In this document: piece by piece, positions 38,607 to 49,074 of the stretch
Position numbering within the stretch: the stretch's first letter is position 1
Layout of the letters: each line of letters starts with the position of its first letter
Assembly: GCA_021808285.1 (NCBI GenBank)
Contig: JAKBBV010000009.1
Span: forward strand, 952 to 64,951
Direction: 5' to 3'
Source: Pseudomonadota bacterium
Lineage (GTDB): Bacteria; Pseudomonadota; Alphaproteobacteria; Caulobacterales; Caulobacteraceae
DNA: 64,000 nucleotides
The notes under the pieces: generated by a model
What the model saw: the letters and a program-made list of their open reading frames with translations, nothing else
What the model was told of the DNA's origin: nothing
The model's database searches: none
Made by a program: the position numbers and the translations under genes

Positions 38607-40087
38607 GCGGCATCCTTTCCCTCACCACCTACCTTCCCCTGGCGGGGGTGGCGGCGATCCTTATCGCCCGGGGCCTCACCCGCGACGAGGCGGAGGCGGC
38701 GCGGTCGGCGCGCTGGATCGCCCTCCTCGCCACCCTGGCGACCCTGGCCCTGTCGGTGCTGATCGTGGCGCAGTTCCGGCCCAGCGTCTCCGGGTTCCAG
38801 TTCAGCGAGACCCTGGCCTGGTTCGGCGGGCTCAACTACCGGATGGGCGTCGACGGCATCTCCGTGCTCTTCGTCCTCCTGACCGCCTTCCTGATGCCGC
38901 TCTGCGTCATCGGCAGCTGGCGCTCCGTCACCACGCGGGTGGTGGAATATATGATCGCCTTCCTGGTCCTGGAGACCCTGGTGATCGGCGTCTTCTGCGC
39001 CCTGGATCTGCTGGTCTTCTATCTGTTCTTCGAGGGCCAGCTGGTGCCCATGTTCCTGATCATCGGCATCTGGGGCGGCAAGAACCGGGTCTATGCGGCG
39101 TTCAAGTTCTTTCTCTACACCCTGCTGGGTTCGGTCCTGATGCTGGCGGCGATCCTCGCCATGATCTCCATCGCCCACACCTCAAGCATCCCTGACCTCC
39201 TGACCTACCACTTCGCACCGGGCGTGCAGATGTGGCTGTGGCTGGCCTTCTTCGCCTCCTTCGCGGTCAAGCTGCCCATGTGGCCGGTGCATACCTGGCT
39301 CCCGGATGCGCACGTGGAGGCCCCCACGGCCGGATCGGTGATCCTGGCGGGGATCCTGCTGAAGATGGGCGGCTATGGCTTCATGCGGTTTTCGCTGCCC
39401 ATGTTCCCCGACGCCAGCCACGCCTTCGCGCCCCTGGTCTTCGCCCTCAGCGTCATCGCCATCGTCTACACCTCCCTGGTGGCCTTCCGGCAGGACGACA
39501 TGAAGAAGCTGATCGCCTATTCGTCCGTGGCCCATATGGGCTTCGTGACCCTCGGCATCTTCTCCGGGACCCTGCAGGGCGAGCAGGGCGCGCTCTTCCA
39601 GATGCTCAGCCACGGCGTGATCTCCGGGGCGCTGTTTCTGTGCGTGGGCGTCGTCTATGACCGGATGCACACCCGCGAGATCGCCTTCTATGGCGGCCTT
39701 GTCTCGCGCATGCCGATCTATGCCGCGGTGTTCATGCTGTTCACCATGGGCAATGTCGGCCTGCCCGGGACCAGCGGCTTCGTCGGCGAGATCCTGACCC
39801 TGACCGGGACCTACGGCGCGGCGACCTGGCCGGCGATCATCGCCGTGACCGGCGTGATCCTCTCCGCGGTCTACGCCCTGACGCTCTATCGGCGCGTGGT
39901 CTTTGGGCAGATGGCCAATCCGGCCCTGGCGACGATCACCGATCTGGCCGGGATCGAGATGCTGGTGTTCGCGCCGCTGATCATCGGCACCCTCGCGCTG
40001 GGCTTCCACCCCGCTTACGTTTTCAACATCACCGATGGCGCCGCGGCCCATCTTGCCGACGCGTTCCGCGTCGCCGCGCAGAGGTGA
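38603..40087 (+). CDS. nuoM: NADH-quinone oxidoreductase subunit M
   Basis: [47 protein letters not shown]. Confidence 0.98.
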   Translation: MSGILSLTTYLPLAGVAAILIARGLTRDEAEAARSARWIALLATLATLALSVLIVAQFRPSVSGFQFSETLAWFGGLNYRMGVDGISVLFVLLTAFLMPLCVIGSWRSVTTRVVEYMIAFLVLETLVIGVFCALDLLVFYLFFEGQLVPMFLIIGIWGGKNRVYAAFKFFLYTLLGSVLMLAAILAMISIAHTSSIPDLLTYHFAPGVQMWLWLAFFASFAVKLPMWPVHTWLPDAHVEAPTAGSVILAGILLKMGGYGFMRFSLPMFPDASHAFAPLVFALSVIAIVYTSLVAFRQDDMKKLIAYSSVAHMGFVTLGIFSGTLQGEQGALFQMLSHGVISGALFLCVGVVYDRMHTREIAFYGGLVSRMPIYAAVFMLFTMGNVGLPGTSGFVGEILTLTGTYGAATWPAIIAVTGVILSAVYALTLYRRVVFGQMANPALATITDLAGIEMLVFAPLIIGTLALGFHPAYVFNITDGAAAHLADAFRVAAQR

Positions 40088-40094
40088 AGAGGTC

Positions 40095-41527
40095 ATGACG
40101 CCCCCCGCACACCTCATCGCTCTCGCCGCGCCGCAGCTCCTGCTGGCCGGGGCGAGCCTCGGGCTTCTCATGGTCGGGGCCTTCCGCCCGCGCGCGCTCA
40201 ACCTCGTGGCTGGCCTCGGCGTGGCCAGCCTGGCCGCCGCGGCGGGACTGGCCCTGATCGGACCGCCGGGCCAGGCCTTCGCCTCCGACCTCGTGGCCGA
40301 TCGCGGAGCGGTGTTCGCGGAGATCGTGATCTATCTGGCCAGCGCCGCGGCGATCGTGCTCGGTCAGGCCTGGTTCGCGCGGCGGGGCCAGGCGAGGTTC
40401 GAGTTCCCGATCCTGATCCTGATCGCGGCGCTGGGCATGGGCATGATGTGCCGGGCCGGCGATCTTCTGTCGCTGTTCGTGGCCATAGAGCTGCAGTCCC
40501 TCTCGCTCTACGTCCTGGCGGCGTTCGAGAAGGGCGACGGCAAGTCGGCGGAGGCGGGACTGAAATACTTCGTCCTGGGGGCCCTCTCCACCGGGATCAT
40601 GCTCTATGGCATCTCGCTCATCTATGGCTTCGCCGGGAGCACGAGGTTCGACCAGATCGCCGCGGCCGTGGCCCACGGCGCCAGCGGCGGGGTGCTGGTG
40701 GGGCTGGTCTTCCTCATCTGCGGCCTGGGGTTCAAGGTCTCGGCCGCGCCGTTCCACATGTGGACGCCGGACGTCTATGAGGGCGCGCCGACGCCGGTGG
40801 TGGGCTTCTTCGCCGGGGCTCCCAAGCTGGCGGCCATGGTTCTGCTGGCGCGGGTGCTCACCGAGAGCTTCGGCCCGGCGCTGGCCCAGTGGCGTCAGGT
40901 TCTCGTGGTCATGGCGATTCTTTCGGTGGCGGTGGGCGCCCTGGCGGGGCTGCGGCAATCGAACCTGAAGCGGCTCTGGGCCTATTCCTCCATCGCCAGC
41001 ATCGGCTACGCCCTGATCGGACTGGCGGCGGGCGGCGCGGAGGGGGTGCAGGCCATGCTGGTCTATATGACCCTCTATGTGATCGACGTGACCGGCTTCT
41101 TCGCCTGCCTGGCGGCCCTGGCGCGGGAGGGTCGCCCCCTGGAGCGGTTCTCCGATGTCGCCGGCCTGGTGCGCGAGCGGCCGGGGCTGGCCGTGGCCAT
41201 GACCGTCTTCGCGCTTTCGGGCCTGGGCCTGCCGCCCTTCAGCGGGCTGTGGGGCAAGTTCTATGTCTTCAAGGCGGCGATTTCCGCGGGCCTCGCGCCC
41301 GCCGCCGTCATCGCCCTGATCGGCAGCGTGATCGCGGCCTATTATTACCTGCGTCTGGTCAAGGTGATGTGGTTCGACGCCTCCGAAGGCGCGGTGGACC
41401 CCCCCCCGTGGAGGCCGCGAGCCTCGCCTACGGCGCCGCGTTCTTCGTCTTCCCGGTGGTCCTCATCGCGCTGGCGGCCATCGATCCGGCGGCCCGCGCC
41501 GCCGCCCTGGCCCTGGTGCGCGGATAA
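40095..41527 (+). CDS. nuoN: NADH-quinone oxidoreductase subunit N, frameshifted at the C9 tract 41399-41407
   Basis: FKVSAAPFHMWTPDVYEGAPTP, GLPPFSG, YYYLRLVK. The final TM helix (VEAASLAYGAAFFVFPVVLIALAAIDPAARAAALAL) is in another frame and ends TAA 41527. The unshifted frame runs on as low-complexity sequence to 41669. Confidence 0.93.
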
Positions 41528-41559
41528 GAGGTCGCACGCCTCCGACGAAAGGACCCGCC

Positions 41560-43314
41560 TTGAAACTCACCCGTCGCGAACTGGCCGCCGGCGTCAGCCT
41601 CGCCGCCGCCGCCGCCGCCCCAGCCATGGCCGCAGGGACGGCCCAGGACTTCCTGGCGATCGCCAATGAGGAGTGGACCTGGCGGCAGAAAGAGTTCGGC
41701 GACGATGAAGACGGGCGCCGCGGCGTCGCGGCGTCGCTCCCCGATGTGGGCGCCGAGGCGCAGGCCGCGCGTCTGGCCCGCTGGCGCGAGGTCAAGGCGC
41801 GTCTGGCGGGGTTCGATCCCTCGGCCTTTGACCCCGAGAACCAGATCAATTTTCAGGTCTACAAGGCGCAGATCGACGCCCTGGAGGCGTCACAGGCCTT
41901 TGGAGACTGGCAGGCGCCGTTCAACAGCGACACCACCTTCTGGGGCGAGATGGCCTCCACCTCGGAGCGCACCTTCCGCACCGAGGCCGACTATCGCAAT
42001 TATCTGGCCCAGTTGGCCCAGACCCCGCGCTATTTCGATCAGCAGATCGCCAATATGAAGCTGGGCCTGGCGCGCGGCTTCACCCCGCCCCAGGCGACCC
42101 TGACCGGCCGGGAAAAGTCCGTGCTCGCCGTGAGCGAGGCGCCGCCCAAGGAGACGCCGTTCTATCGGCCGTTCAGCCACTGGCCCGGCGGCTTCTCCGA
42201 CGCCCTGAAGGCTGAGCTGGCCGCCAAGGGCGAGGCCGTGATCGCCGGGGCGGTGATCCCGGCGCACAAGACGCTCTATGGCTTTCTGACCACGACCTAT
42301 CTGCCCGGCGCCCGCCGCACCCTGGCCGCCTATGACCTGCCTGACGGCAAGGCCTATTACCAGTCGAAGATCGTCGAGTTCACCACGCTCGATCTTCCGC
42401 CATCGGACATCCACGCGCTCGGCCTCAGCGAGATCACGGCCATCCGGCGCGAGATGCAGGCGGTGATGGACGAGGTGAAGTTCCAGGGCGACCTGCCGCA
42501 GTTCCTTCACTTCCTGCGCACCGACCCGCAGTTCTATGTGACCAAGCCCCAGGAGCTGCTCGATCGCGCCGCCTGGATCGCCAAGACCTTCGACGGCAAG
42601 GCCGCCAACTGGTTCGGCCGCCTGCCGCGTCGTCGCTTCGGCATCGTGCCGGTGCCCGCCTCCATGGCCCCCTACTATACCGCGGGGCGGGGAGGGCCTG
42701 GGGTCTATCTCGTCAACACCTACGACCTGCCGTCGCGGCCGCTCTATGCGCTCTATGCCCTGACCCTGCACGAATCCGCGCCTGGCCACGCCTTTCAGAT
42801 GCCGCTCGCCGAGGAGCAGGTCGATCAGCCGGCGTTCCGGCGCAAGAGCTATATCTCGGCCTTCGGCGAGGGCTGGGCGCTCTATTGTGAACGTCTCGGC
42901 GTGGAGATGGGCATGTATCCCACCGCCTATGACCGGTTCGGCATGCTCAGCTATCAGGCCTGGCGCGCCGCCCGTCTGGTGGTCGACACCGGCGTCCACA
43001 CCATGGGCTGGAGCCGCGACCAGGCGATCCAATACCTCGCCGACAACACCGCTCTGGCGCACCATGAGATCGAGACCGAGGTCGACCGCTATATCAGCTG
43101 GCCGGGCCAATCCCTGTCCTACTACCTCGGCGAGCGGGCGATCCTGAAGGCGCGCGGCAAGGCCGAGGCGGCGTTGGGGGACAGGTTCGACATCCGTCAT
43201 TTCCACGATGCGGTCCTGAAGCTGGGAAGCGTGCCTCTGCCCATTCTCACCGCGCGGGTCGACCGCTTCATCGCCGAGGGCGGACCCTCACCCTATCCCC
43301 CGCAAGATGTCTGA
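41560..43314 (+). CDS. DUF885-family exported protein (putative zinc metallopeptidase)
   Basis: TTG start; twin-arginine signal (LTRRELAAG); HESAPGH and EGWALY motifs; RAARLVVDTGVH, EVDRYISWPGQ. Confidence 0.88.
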   Translation: MKLTRRELAAGVSLAAAAAAPAMAAGTAQDFLAIANEEWTWRQKEFGDDEDGRRGVAASLPDVGAEAQAARLARWREVKARLAGFDPSAFDPENQINFQVYKAQIDALEASQAFGDWQAPFNSDTTFWGEMASTSERTFRTEADYRNYLAQLAQTPRYFDQQIANMKLGLARGFTPPQATLTGREKSVLAVSEAPPKETPFYRPFSHWPGGFSDALKAELAAKGEAVIAGAVIPAHKTLYGFLTTTYLPGARRTLAAYDLPDGKAYYQSKIVEFTTLDLPPSDIHALGLSEITAIRREMQAVMDEVKFQGDLPQFLHFLRTDPQFYVTKPQELLDRAAWIAKTFDGKAANWFGRLPRRRFGIVPVPASMAPYYTAGRGGPGVYLVNTYDLPSRPLYALYALTLHESAPGHAFQMPLAEEQVDQPAFRRKSYISAFGEGWALYCERLGVEMGMYPTAYDRFGMLSYQAWRAARLVVDTGVHTMGWSRDQAIQYLADNTALAHHEIETEVDRYISWPGQSLSYYLGERAILKARGKAEAALGDRFDIRHFHDAVLKLGSVPLPILTARVDRFIAEGGPSPYPPQDV

Positions 43315-44038
43315 GCCGGCCCAGGTCATCGCTCTGGAAGAGATCGACTCCACCAACCTGGAGGCGCGGCGAAGGCTGGAGGCTGGCGAGTCCGCCCCGT
43401 TCTGGGTCACCGCGCGGCGCCAGACGGCGGGCCGGGGGCGGCGCGGGAGGTCGTGGGATACGCGCGAGGGCAATCTTGCCGCGACCCTTCTGATGACCAC
43501 GGACCGGGCGCCCATCGAGGCGGCGCAGGTGGCCTTCGTGGCGGCCCTGGCGGTGCATGACCTGGCCTGCGGCTTTGTTCCGCCGAGCCTCGTCAGCCTC
43601 AAATGGCCCAATGACACCCTGATCGCGGGCCGCAAGGCCTCCGGCGTGCTGGTGGAGTCGGGGGGGCTCGATGAGCGTCGCATCTGGCTGGCGGTGGGGA
43701 TCGGGGTGAATCTCGCCCATGCGCCCAAGGATGTGGAGCGCCCCGCGACCTGTCTGGCCGACCATATGCGCGCGCCGCCGCCGCCGCCGCACGAGGCCAT
43801 GCGCCGCCTGGCCGAGGCGTTCGAGACCTGGCGCGGGCTGTGGGACCGTGTGGGCTTTTCCGCCATCGCCGAGGCCTGGACGCGCCGGGCGCACGGGCTG
43901 GGCGCCCGCTGTCAGGCCCGCCTGCCGAACCAAACCCTGGAGGGGGTGGCCGAGGGCATGGATGAGGACGGCGCCCTGCGCCTTCGCCTTGACGACGGGA
44001 CCTTGCGCCGCATCACCGCCGGCGACGTCTTCTTCTGA
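43307..44038 (+). CDS. birA: Biotin-[acetyl-CoA carboxylase] ligase (no HTH domain)
   Basis: DSTN, QTAGRGRRGR, LKWPND, GIGVN, C-terminal AGDV. Confidence 0.95.
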   Translation: MSEPAQVIALEEIDSTNLEARRRLEAGESAPFWVTARRQTAGRGRRGRSWDTREGNLAATLLMTTDRAPIEAAQVAFVAALAVHDLACGFVPPSLVSLKWPNDTLIAGRKASGVLVESGGLDERRIWLAVGIGVNLAHAPKDVERPATCLADHMRAPPPPPHEAMRRLAEAFETWRGLWDRVGFSAIAEAWTRRAHGLGARCQARLPNQTLEGVAEGMDEDGALRLRLDDGTLRRITAGDVFF

Positions 44039-44048
44039 ATCCCGCCGC

Positions 44049-45623
44049 TCAGAACAGTTTGGCGGCCTTCTGCACGGCGATGAAGAGGCCGATGAGGAAG
44101 GGCGCGGCGACCGCGAACCAGGCCAGGGCGCCGACGAGGCCGAGGCCGGACCCTGCGCCGCCCTCCGCGGCCCCGGCCGGGCCGTCCGCCGCAACCGGCT
44201 CGACATGGCTTGAGCTCCGCCCCACCAGGGGCCGGACGAAAAGATTGCAGATGAGCCCGAGGATCATCAGGCCCGCCATGAGATAGAGCGTGCCGTCATA
44301 GACCCTGGCCTTGGTGGCGCCGGCGTCAAGCTGCGCCTGGCGCAGGCCGGCGATCAGAGCCGGACCCACCACGCCGGCGGCGGACCAGGCGGTGATGACC
44401 CGGCCATGGATGGCGCCCACGAAGCGGTCGCCGAAGACGTCGGCGATATAGGCGGGCAGGGTCGAAAAGCCGCCGCCATACATGCTCAGAATGATGCAGA
44501 CCGCCGCCACGAAGGCGAAGGCGAGCCCCAGATGGCCCAGCACGGGGAGGGCGGCGTAGAGCAGGGCGCCGAGGATGAAGAAGACCGCGTAGGTAGCCTT
44601 CCGCCCCAGGCGATCGGAGACCGAGGCCCAGAACAGGCGCCCCAGGCTGTTGAAGAGGCTGATCAGGCCGACGAGGCCCGCCGCCGAAGCCGCCAGGGCG
44701 GCCTTTTGCGCGGCCGTCAGACTCGCGGCGGCGGAGAGGCCCAGGAGGCGCGCGCCGAAGACCTCCTGCAGCATAGGGCTGGCCATGGCCAAAAGGGCGA
44801 TGCCGGCGGTGACATTGGCGAACAGCACGACCCAGAGCAGCCAGAACTGCGGCGTCCGCCAGGCGGCATTCGCGGGCAGATGGTCGTCGCCGGCGCCTTG
44901 AGCCGCGCCCGGGGATTGCGGCGGAAGGCGAAAGCCGAGGGCCCCGCCGAGCATGAAGACCGCATAGATCAGGCCGAGGCTGGCGAAGGCGCCGGCCACG
45001 CCCGGCGCGCCGCCGTGCGCCAGGCGCGCCATCAGCCAGACCGCCAGGGGCGAGCCGATCAGGGCGCCGCCGCCATACCCCATGATGGCGAAGCCCGTGG
45101 CCATCCCCCGACGGTCGGGAAACCAGCGGATCAGGGTCGAGACCGGCGTGATATAGCCCAGCCCCTGGCCGACGCCGCCGATGAGGCCCGCTCCCAGAAA
45201 GACGATCCACAACAGGTGGAGGCGCACGCCCAGGGCCGCGATCAGGAGGCCCCCGCCCCAGCACAGGGCGGCGATGACGCCCGAGCGCCGCGGTCCCACC
45301 CGTTCGACCCAGCCCCCGAACACCGCGGCGGACAGGCCCAGCACAGCGATGAAGGTGGCGAAAATGGGCGTCAGGCTGGGCGGGGTCCAGTTGCACGCCC
45401 GGTCGGTCATTTCGCTCAGGAACCCGCCTCCGCAAGCCGGGGCGCCGACGATCAGATGCGTCATGGGCAGCCAGAAGACGCTGAACCCGTAGGCCATGCC
45501 GATACACAGGTGGATCGCGAGGGCGGCCGGCGGAATGCGCCAGCGATTATAGCCGGCCGACGCGACGATGCGCTCGCGGCTCAGCCAGCCGCCGGCGGCT
45601 CCGCCCCCACGCCCATCCGCCAT
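44049..45623 (-). CDS. MFS transporter, oxalate/formate antiporter (OFA)-like
   Basis: NRWRIPPAALAIHLCIGMAYGFSVF, WFPDRRGMATG, MYGGGF, GAIHGRVITAWS. Confidence 0.88.
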   Translation of the reverse strand: MADGRGGGAAGGWLSRERIVASAGYNRWRIPPAALAIHLCIGMAYGFSVFWLPMTHLIVGAPACGGGFLSEMTDRACNWTPPSLTPIFATFIAVLGLSAAVFGGWVERVGPRRSGVIAALCWGGGLLIAALGVRLHLLWIVFLGAGLIGGVGQGLGYITPVSTLIRWFPDRRGMATGFAIMGYGGGALIGSPLAVWLMARLAHGGAPGVAGAFASLGLIYAVFMLGGALGFRLPPQSPGAAQGAGDDHLPANAAWRTPQFWLLWVVLFANVTAGIALLAMASPMLQEVFGARLLGLSAAASLTAAQKAALAASAAGLVGLISLFNSLGRLFWASVSDRLGRKATYAVFFILGALLYAALPVLGHLGLAFAFVAAVCIILSMYGGGFSTLPAYIADVFGDRFVGAIHGRVITAWSAAGVVGPALIAGLRQAQLDAGATKARVYDGTLYLMAGLMILGLICNLFVRPLVGRSSSHVEPVAADGPAGAAEGGAGSGLGLVGALAWFAVAAPFLIGLFIAVQKAAKLF

Positions 45624-45821
45624 CGCGCGCTCCCCCCATGATCTTGGCGGGAGACTGCCTTGCCCAGGGGATCTGTTTCAACCCCGAAATCGGGCGCGCC
45701 CAGGCAAGGCGCCCAGGCAGGGCGCGGGGGCGGGAACGCCGCCGCCGCTGGACCTGAGGCGAAAAACGTGGCGAAAGCGCCCCTGCGCGGCGATCCGCTC
45801 GCGAGGACCCTCGAGGACGGC

Positions 45822-46598
45822 ATGCTTCTGGCGATCGAGCAGGGCAACACCAATACCCTGTTCGCTGTTCATGACGGGGCGAACTGGATCGCCCAGTGGC
45901 GCGCGGCCACGGATGCGGCGCGAACGGCGGACGAATATGCGGTCTGGCTGGGCCAGCTTCTCTCTCTGGCGGGTCTTGGCTTCGGCGATCTGGACGCGTG
46001 CATCGTCTCCAGCGTGGTCCCGCAGTCGATCTTCAATCTGCGCAACCTGTCGCGGCGCTATTTGCGCGTAGAGCCCCTGATCGTCGGCGAGAATGTCGAA
46101 CTGGGCATCGAGGTGCGAATCGAAAAGCCCTCGGAGGCGGGGGCCGACCGGCTGGTCAACGCCATCGGCGCCCGCTCGGCCTATGCCGGTCCGCTCCTGA
46201 TCATCGATTCCGGCACGGCGACGACCTTCGATGTGGTGGCCAAGGACGGCGCATTCGAAGGCGGGGCCATCGCGCCGGGGATCAACCTCTCCATGCAGGC
46301 GCTGCACGACGCCGCCGCCCGGCTGCCGCGCATCGCCATTCAGAAGCCGCGCCGGGTGATCGGCAAGGATACGGTGGAGGCCATGCAGTCGGGGGTGTTC
46401 TGGGGCTATATCTCCCTGGTCGAGGGGCTGATCGGCCGCATCAAGGCGGAATATGCGGCGCCGATGACGGTCATCGGCACGGGCGGGATCGCGGCCCTGT
46501 TCGCCGGGGCCACGCCGGCTATCGACCATTTCGATCCCGACCTCACGATCCGGGGCCTGCTGGAGATATGGCGCCGGAACGGCGGCGCTCGGCCATGA
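45822..46598 (+). CDS. coaX: Type III pantothenate kinase
   Basis: [38 protein letters not shown]. Confidence 0.95.
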   Translation: MLLAIEQGNTNTLFAVHDGANWIAQWRAATDAARTADEYAVWLGQLLSLAGLGFGDLDACIVSSVVPQSIFNLRNLSRRYLRVEPLIVGENVELGIEVRIEKPSEAGADRLVNAIGARSAYAGPLLIIDSGTATTFDVVAKDGAFEGGAIAPGINLSMQALHDAAARLPRIAIQKPRRVIGKDTVEAMQSGVFWGYISLVEGLIGRIKAEYAAPMTVIGTGGIAALFAGATPAIDHFDPDLTIRGLLEIWRRNGGARP

Positions 46599-48283
46599 GC
46601 AGGACGCGCGCCGGACCCGAGGACGAACTGGTCTTCCTGCCTCTGGGCGGGTCGAACGAAATCGGGATGAACTTCAATCTCTATGGCTTTGGTCCCGAGC
46701 ATGATCGCAAATGGATCGTGGTCGATCTTGGCGTCACTTTCGGCGACCTGACCACGCCGGGCGTGGAGATCATTCTGCCCGATCCGACCTTCATCGAAGA
46801 GCACGCCAAGGACATTCTGGGCATCGTCCTGACCCACGCCCACGAGGACCATATCGGCGCCGTGCCCTGGCTCTGGCCGCGCCTGCGCGCGCCGCTCTTC
46901 GCCACGCCGTTCACCGCCTATCTCCTGCGCGAGAAGCTGCGCGAGGCCGGCCTTCTGGACGAGGTGGAGATCACCGAGGTCCCGCTTGGCGGACGGGTGA
47001 CGCTTGGCCCCTTCGAGATCGACCTGATCACCCTGACCCATTCGATCCCCGAGCCCAATGGACTGGCGATCCGCACGCCCCTCGGCGTCGTCCTGCACAC
47101 CGGCGACTGGAAGATCGATCCCGACCCTCTGACCGGCGCGGTGACAGACGAAGCGGCCATCCGCCGCCTCGGCGACGAAGGCGTGCTGGCCATGGTGTGC
47201 GACAGCACCAATGTCTTCGTCGAGGGCGAGGCCGGAAGCGAGGCGGATGTCCGAAAGGTCCTTGGCGATCTGATCGCCAGTCTCAGGGGCGGCGTCGCGG
47301 CGGCCTGTTTCGCCTCCAATGTGGCAAGAATGGATACGATCATCCGCGCCGCCGAGGCGGCCGGTCGGCGCGTCTGCCTGGTGGGCCGCTCGATGGTCCG
47401 CATGTCCCGCGCGGCGCGTTCGGTCGGCCTGCTGGAGGGCACAGGCCCCTTTCTGGAGGAAGCGGCCGCCCGGGGACTGGCCAAGTCCGCCGTCCTCTAT
47501 CTTTGCACCGGCAGCCAGGGAGAGCCGCGAGCGGCTCTCTCGCGCATCGCCGAGGGCAGTCATCCCCACGTCAAGCTGGGCGCAGGCGACGCCTGTATCT
47601 TCTCCTCGCGGGTGATCCCGGGGAACGAGGCGGCGATCCGCACCCTTCAGGACAACCTCGCCGACCGGGGGGTCCGGCTCTATACCGAGAGGGATCATCC
47701 GGGCGTCCACGTCTCGGGACATCCCTGCCGGGACGAACTGGCGCGCATGTATCAGTGGGCGAGGCCCCAGATCGCCGTGCCCACTCACGGAGAGCGCCGG
47801 CATCTTCTCGAACATGCCGCGCTGGCGCGCGATCTTCAGGTCTCCGAGGCCGTGGCGCCGCGAAATGGCGACATGGTCCGCCTGGCGCCGGGCCCCGCGG
47901 CGATCATCGACGAGACGGCGAGCGGAAGGCTCTATGTGGACGCTGGCGTGGTCACTCCGGAAAACGGCGAGGCGTTCCGTGAGCGGCGCCATGCGGCCTC
48001 GAACGGCGCGCTCAGCGTCAGTCTGGCCGTGGACGGCGCCAACCGTCTGGCGGCCGCGCCCCGGGTCCGCAGCCTGGGCCTGCCCTCGGCGGACGATCGC
48101 GCCCTGACGGCGGTGATGTCCGAGCTGGAGGACGCCGCAGCCCACGCCTTCCACGCGCTCGACGCCGAGGACCGCGACGACGACGCCAGGATCGAGGCGG
48201 CCCTGTCCCGCGCCCTCAAAAAAGCCGCGTTCAGGTTGTGGAAGCGCAGGCCGGTGGTGGAGGCGATCGTCCTTCGGCTATAA
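46595..48283 (+). CDS. rnj: Ribonuclease J
   Basis: [52 protein letters not shown] 46595 overlaps the coaX stop. Confidence 0.96.
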   Translation: MSRTRAGPEDELVFLPLGGSNEIGMNFNLYGFGPEHDRKWIVVDLGVTFGDLTTPGVEIILPDPTFIEEHAKDILGIVLTHAHEDHIGAVPWLWPRLRAPLFATPFTAYLLREKLREAGLLDEVEITEVPLGGRVTLGPFEIDLITLTHSIPEPNGLAIRTPLGVVLHTGDWKIDPDPLTGAVTDEAAIRRLGDEGVLAMVCDSTNVFVEGEAGSEADVRKVLGDLIASLRGGVAAACFASNVARMDTIIRAAEAAGRRVCLVGRSMVRMSRAARSVGLLEGTGPFLEEAAARGLAKSAVLYLCTGSQGEPRAALSRIAEGSHPHVKLGAGDACIFSSRVIPGNEAAIRTLQDNLADRGVRLYTERDHPGVHVSGHPCRDELARMYQWARPQIAVPTHGERRHLLEHAALARDLQVSEAVAPRNGDMVRLAPGPAAIIDETASGRLYVDAGVVTPENGEAFRERRHAASNGALSVSLAVDGANRLAAAPRVRSLGLPSADDRALTAVMSELEDAAAHAFHALDAEDRDDDARIEAALSRALKKAAFRLWKRRPVVEAIVLRL

Positions 48284-48312
48284 GCCGCGAGACGCACGAG
48301 ACGAGGCCCGGA

Positions 48313-48750
48313 ATGATCGGCAAGCTGAACCATGTGGGCGTGGCCACGCCGTCCATCGAAGCCTCGGTGCGCATGTACCGCGACCTGCTCGGCGCGACCT
48401 CCGCCACGGACAAGCGGGCCCTGCCGGACCAGGGCGTGTGGGTGGCTTTCGTGAATCTGCCCAATGCACAGATCGAGCTGATCGAGCCCCTGGGCGAGGA
48501 CTCGCCGATCCACGCCTTTCTGGCGCGCAACCCCAAGGGCGGACAACATCATGTCTGCTTCGAGGTGCCGGACATCTTCGCCGCACGCGATGAGATGAGG
48601 GCCAAGGGGGCGACCGTTCTGGGCACGGGCGAGCCGCGTATGGGCGCCCATGGAGTCCCGGTCATTTTCGTTCATCCCAAGGACATGGGGGGCGTGCTCA
48701 TCGAACTGATGCAGGAGCCGGGCGCGACCGTCGGAGGACACGCATCATGA
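48313..48750 (+). CDS. mce: Methylmalonyl-CoA epimerase
   Basis: LNHVGVA, IELIEP, GQHHVCFEV, HPKDMGGVLIELMQ. Confidence 0.93.
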   Translation: MIGKLNHVGVATPSIEASVRMYRDLLGATSATDKRALPDQGVWVAFVNLPNAQIELIEPLGEDSPIHAFLARNPKGGQHHVCFEVPDIFAARDEMRAKGATVLGTGEPRMGAHGVPVIFVHPKDMGGVLIELMQEPGATVGGHAS

Positions 48751-49013
48751 GCGTCGAGTTTTGCGCCGCGGTCTATTTCACCATCTGGTGGATCACGCTG
48801 TTCGCGGTCCTTCCCCTGGGCGTGCGCAGCCATGCCGAGATGAACATTCCGGTTCCCGGCGGCGGCGATCCGGCGTCCCCGGTCGAGCCTCGGCTGAAGC
48901 GCAAGTTCATCACCACCACCTGGGTCGCGGCCCTGATCTTCGCGGCCTTCTATATGTGCGTTCACTTCCACCTGGTGAGCCTGCCGGAGTTTTCCCACCC
49001 GACCGGAGGGTGA
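48747..49013 (+). CDS. DUF1467-family small membrane protein
   Basis: [31 protein letters not shown]; conserved mce-DUF1467-proS position. Confidence 0.85.
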   Translation: MSVEFCAAVYFTIWWITLFAVLPLGVRSHAEMNIPVPGGGDPASPVEPRLKRKFITTTWVAALIFAAFYMCVHFHLVSLPEFSHPTGG

Positions 49014-49074
49014 AGGCCCCGGCGCCGTTTGCTCGACACGACACCCCATCAACACGACAACCCAAAGAGTTCGC

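Noticed and set aside
41528-41669. Genuine C-terminal extension of NuoN (544-aa ORF)
   Set aside because: Low-complexity sequence overlapping the DUF885 start; the real terminal helix is in the other frame.
45896-46594. N-terminal extension making rnj 795 aa
   Set aside because: It overlaps coaX in another frame; RNase J homology begins at ATG 46595.
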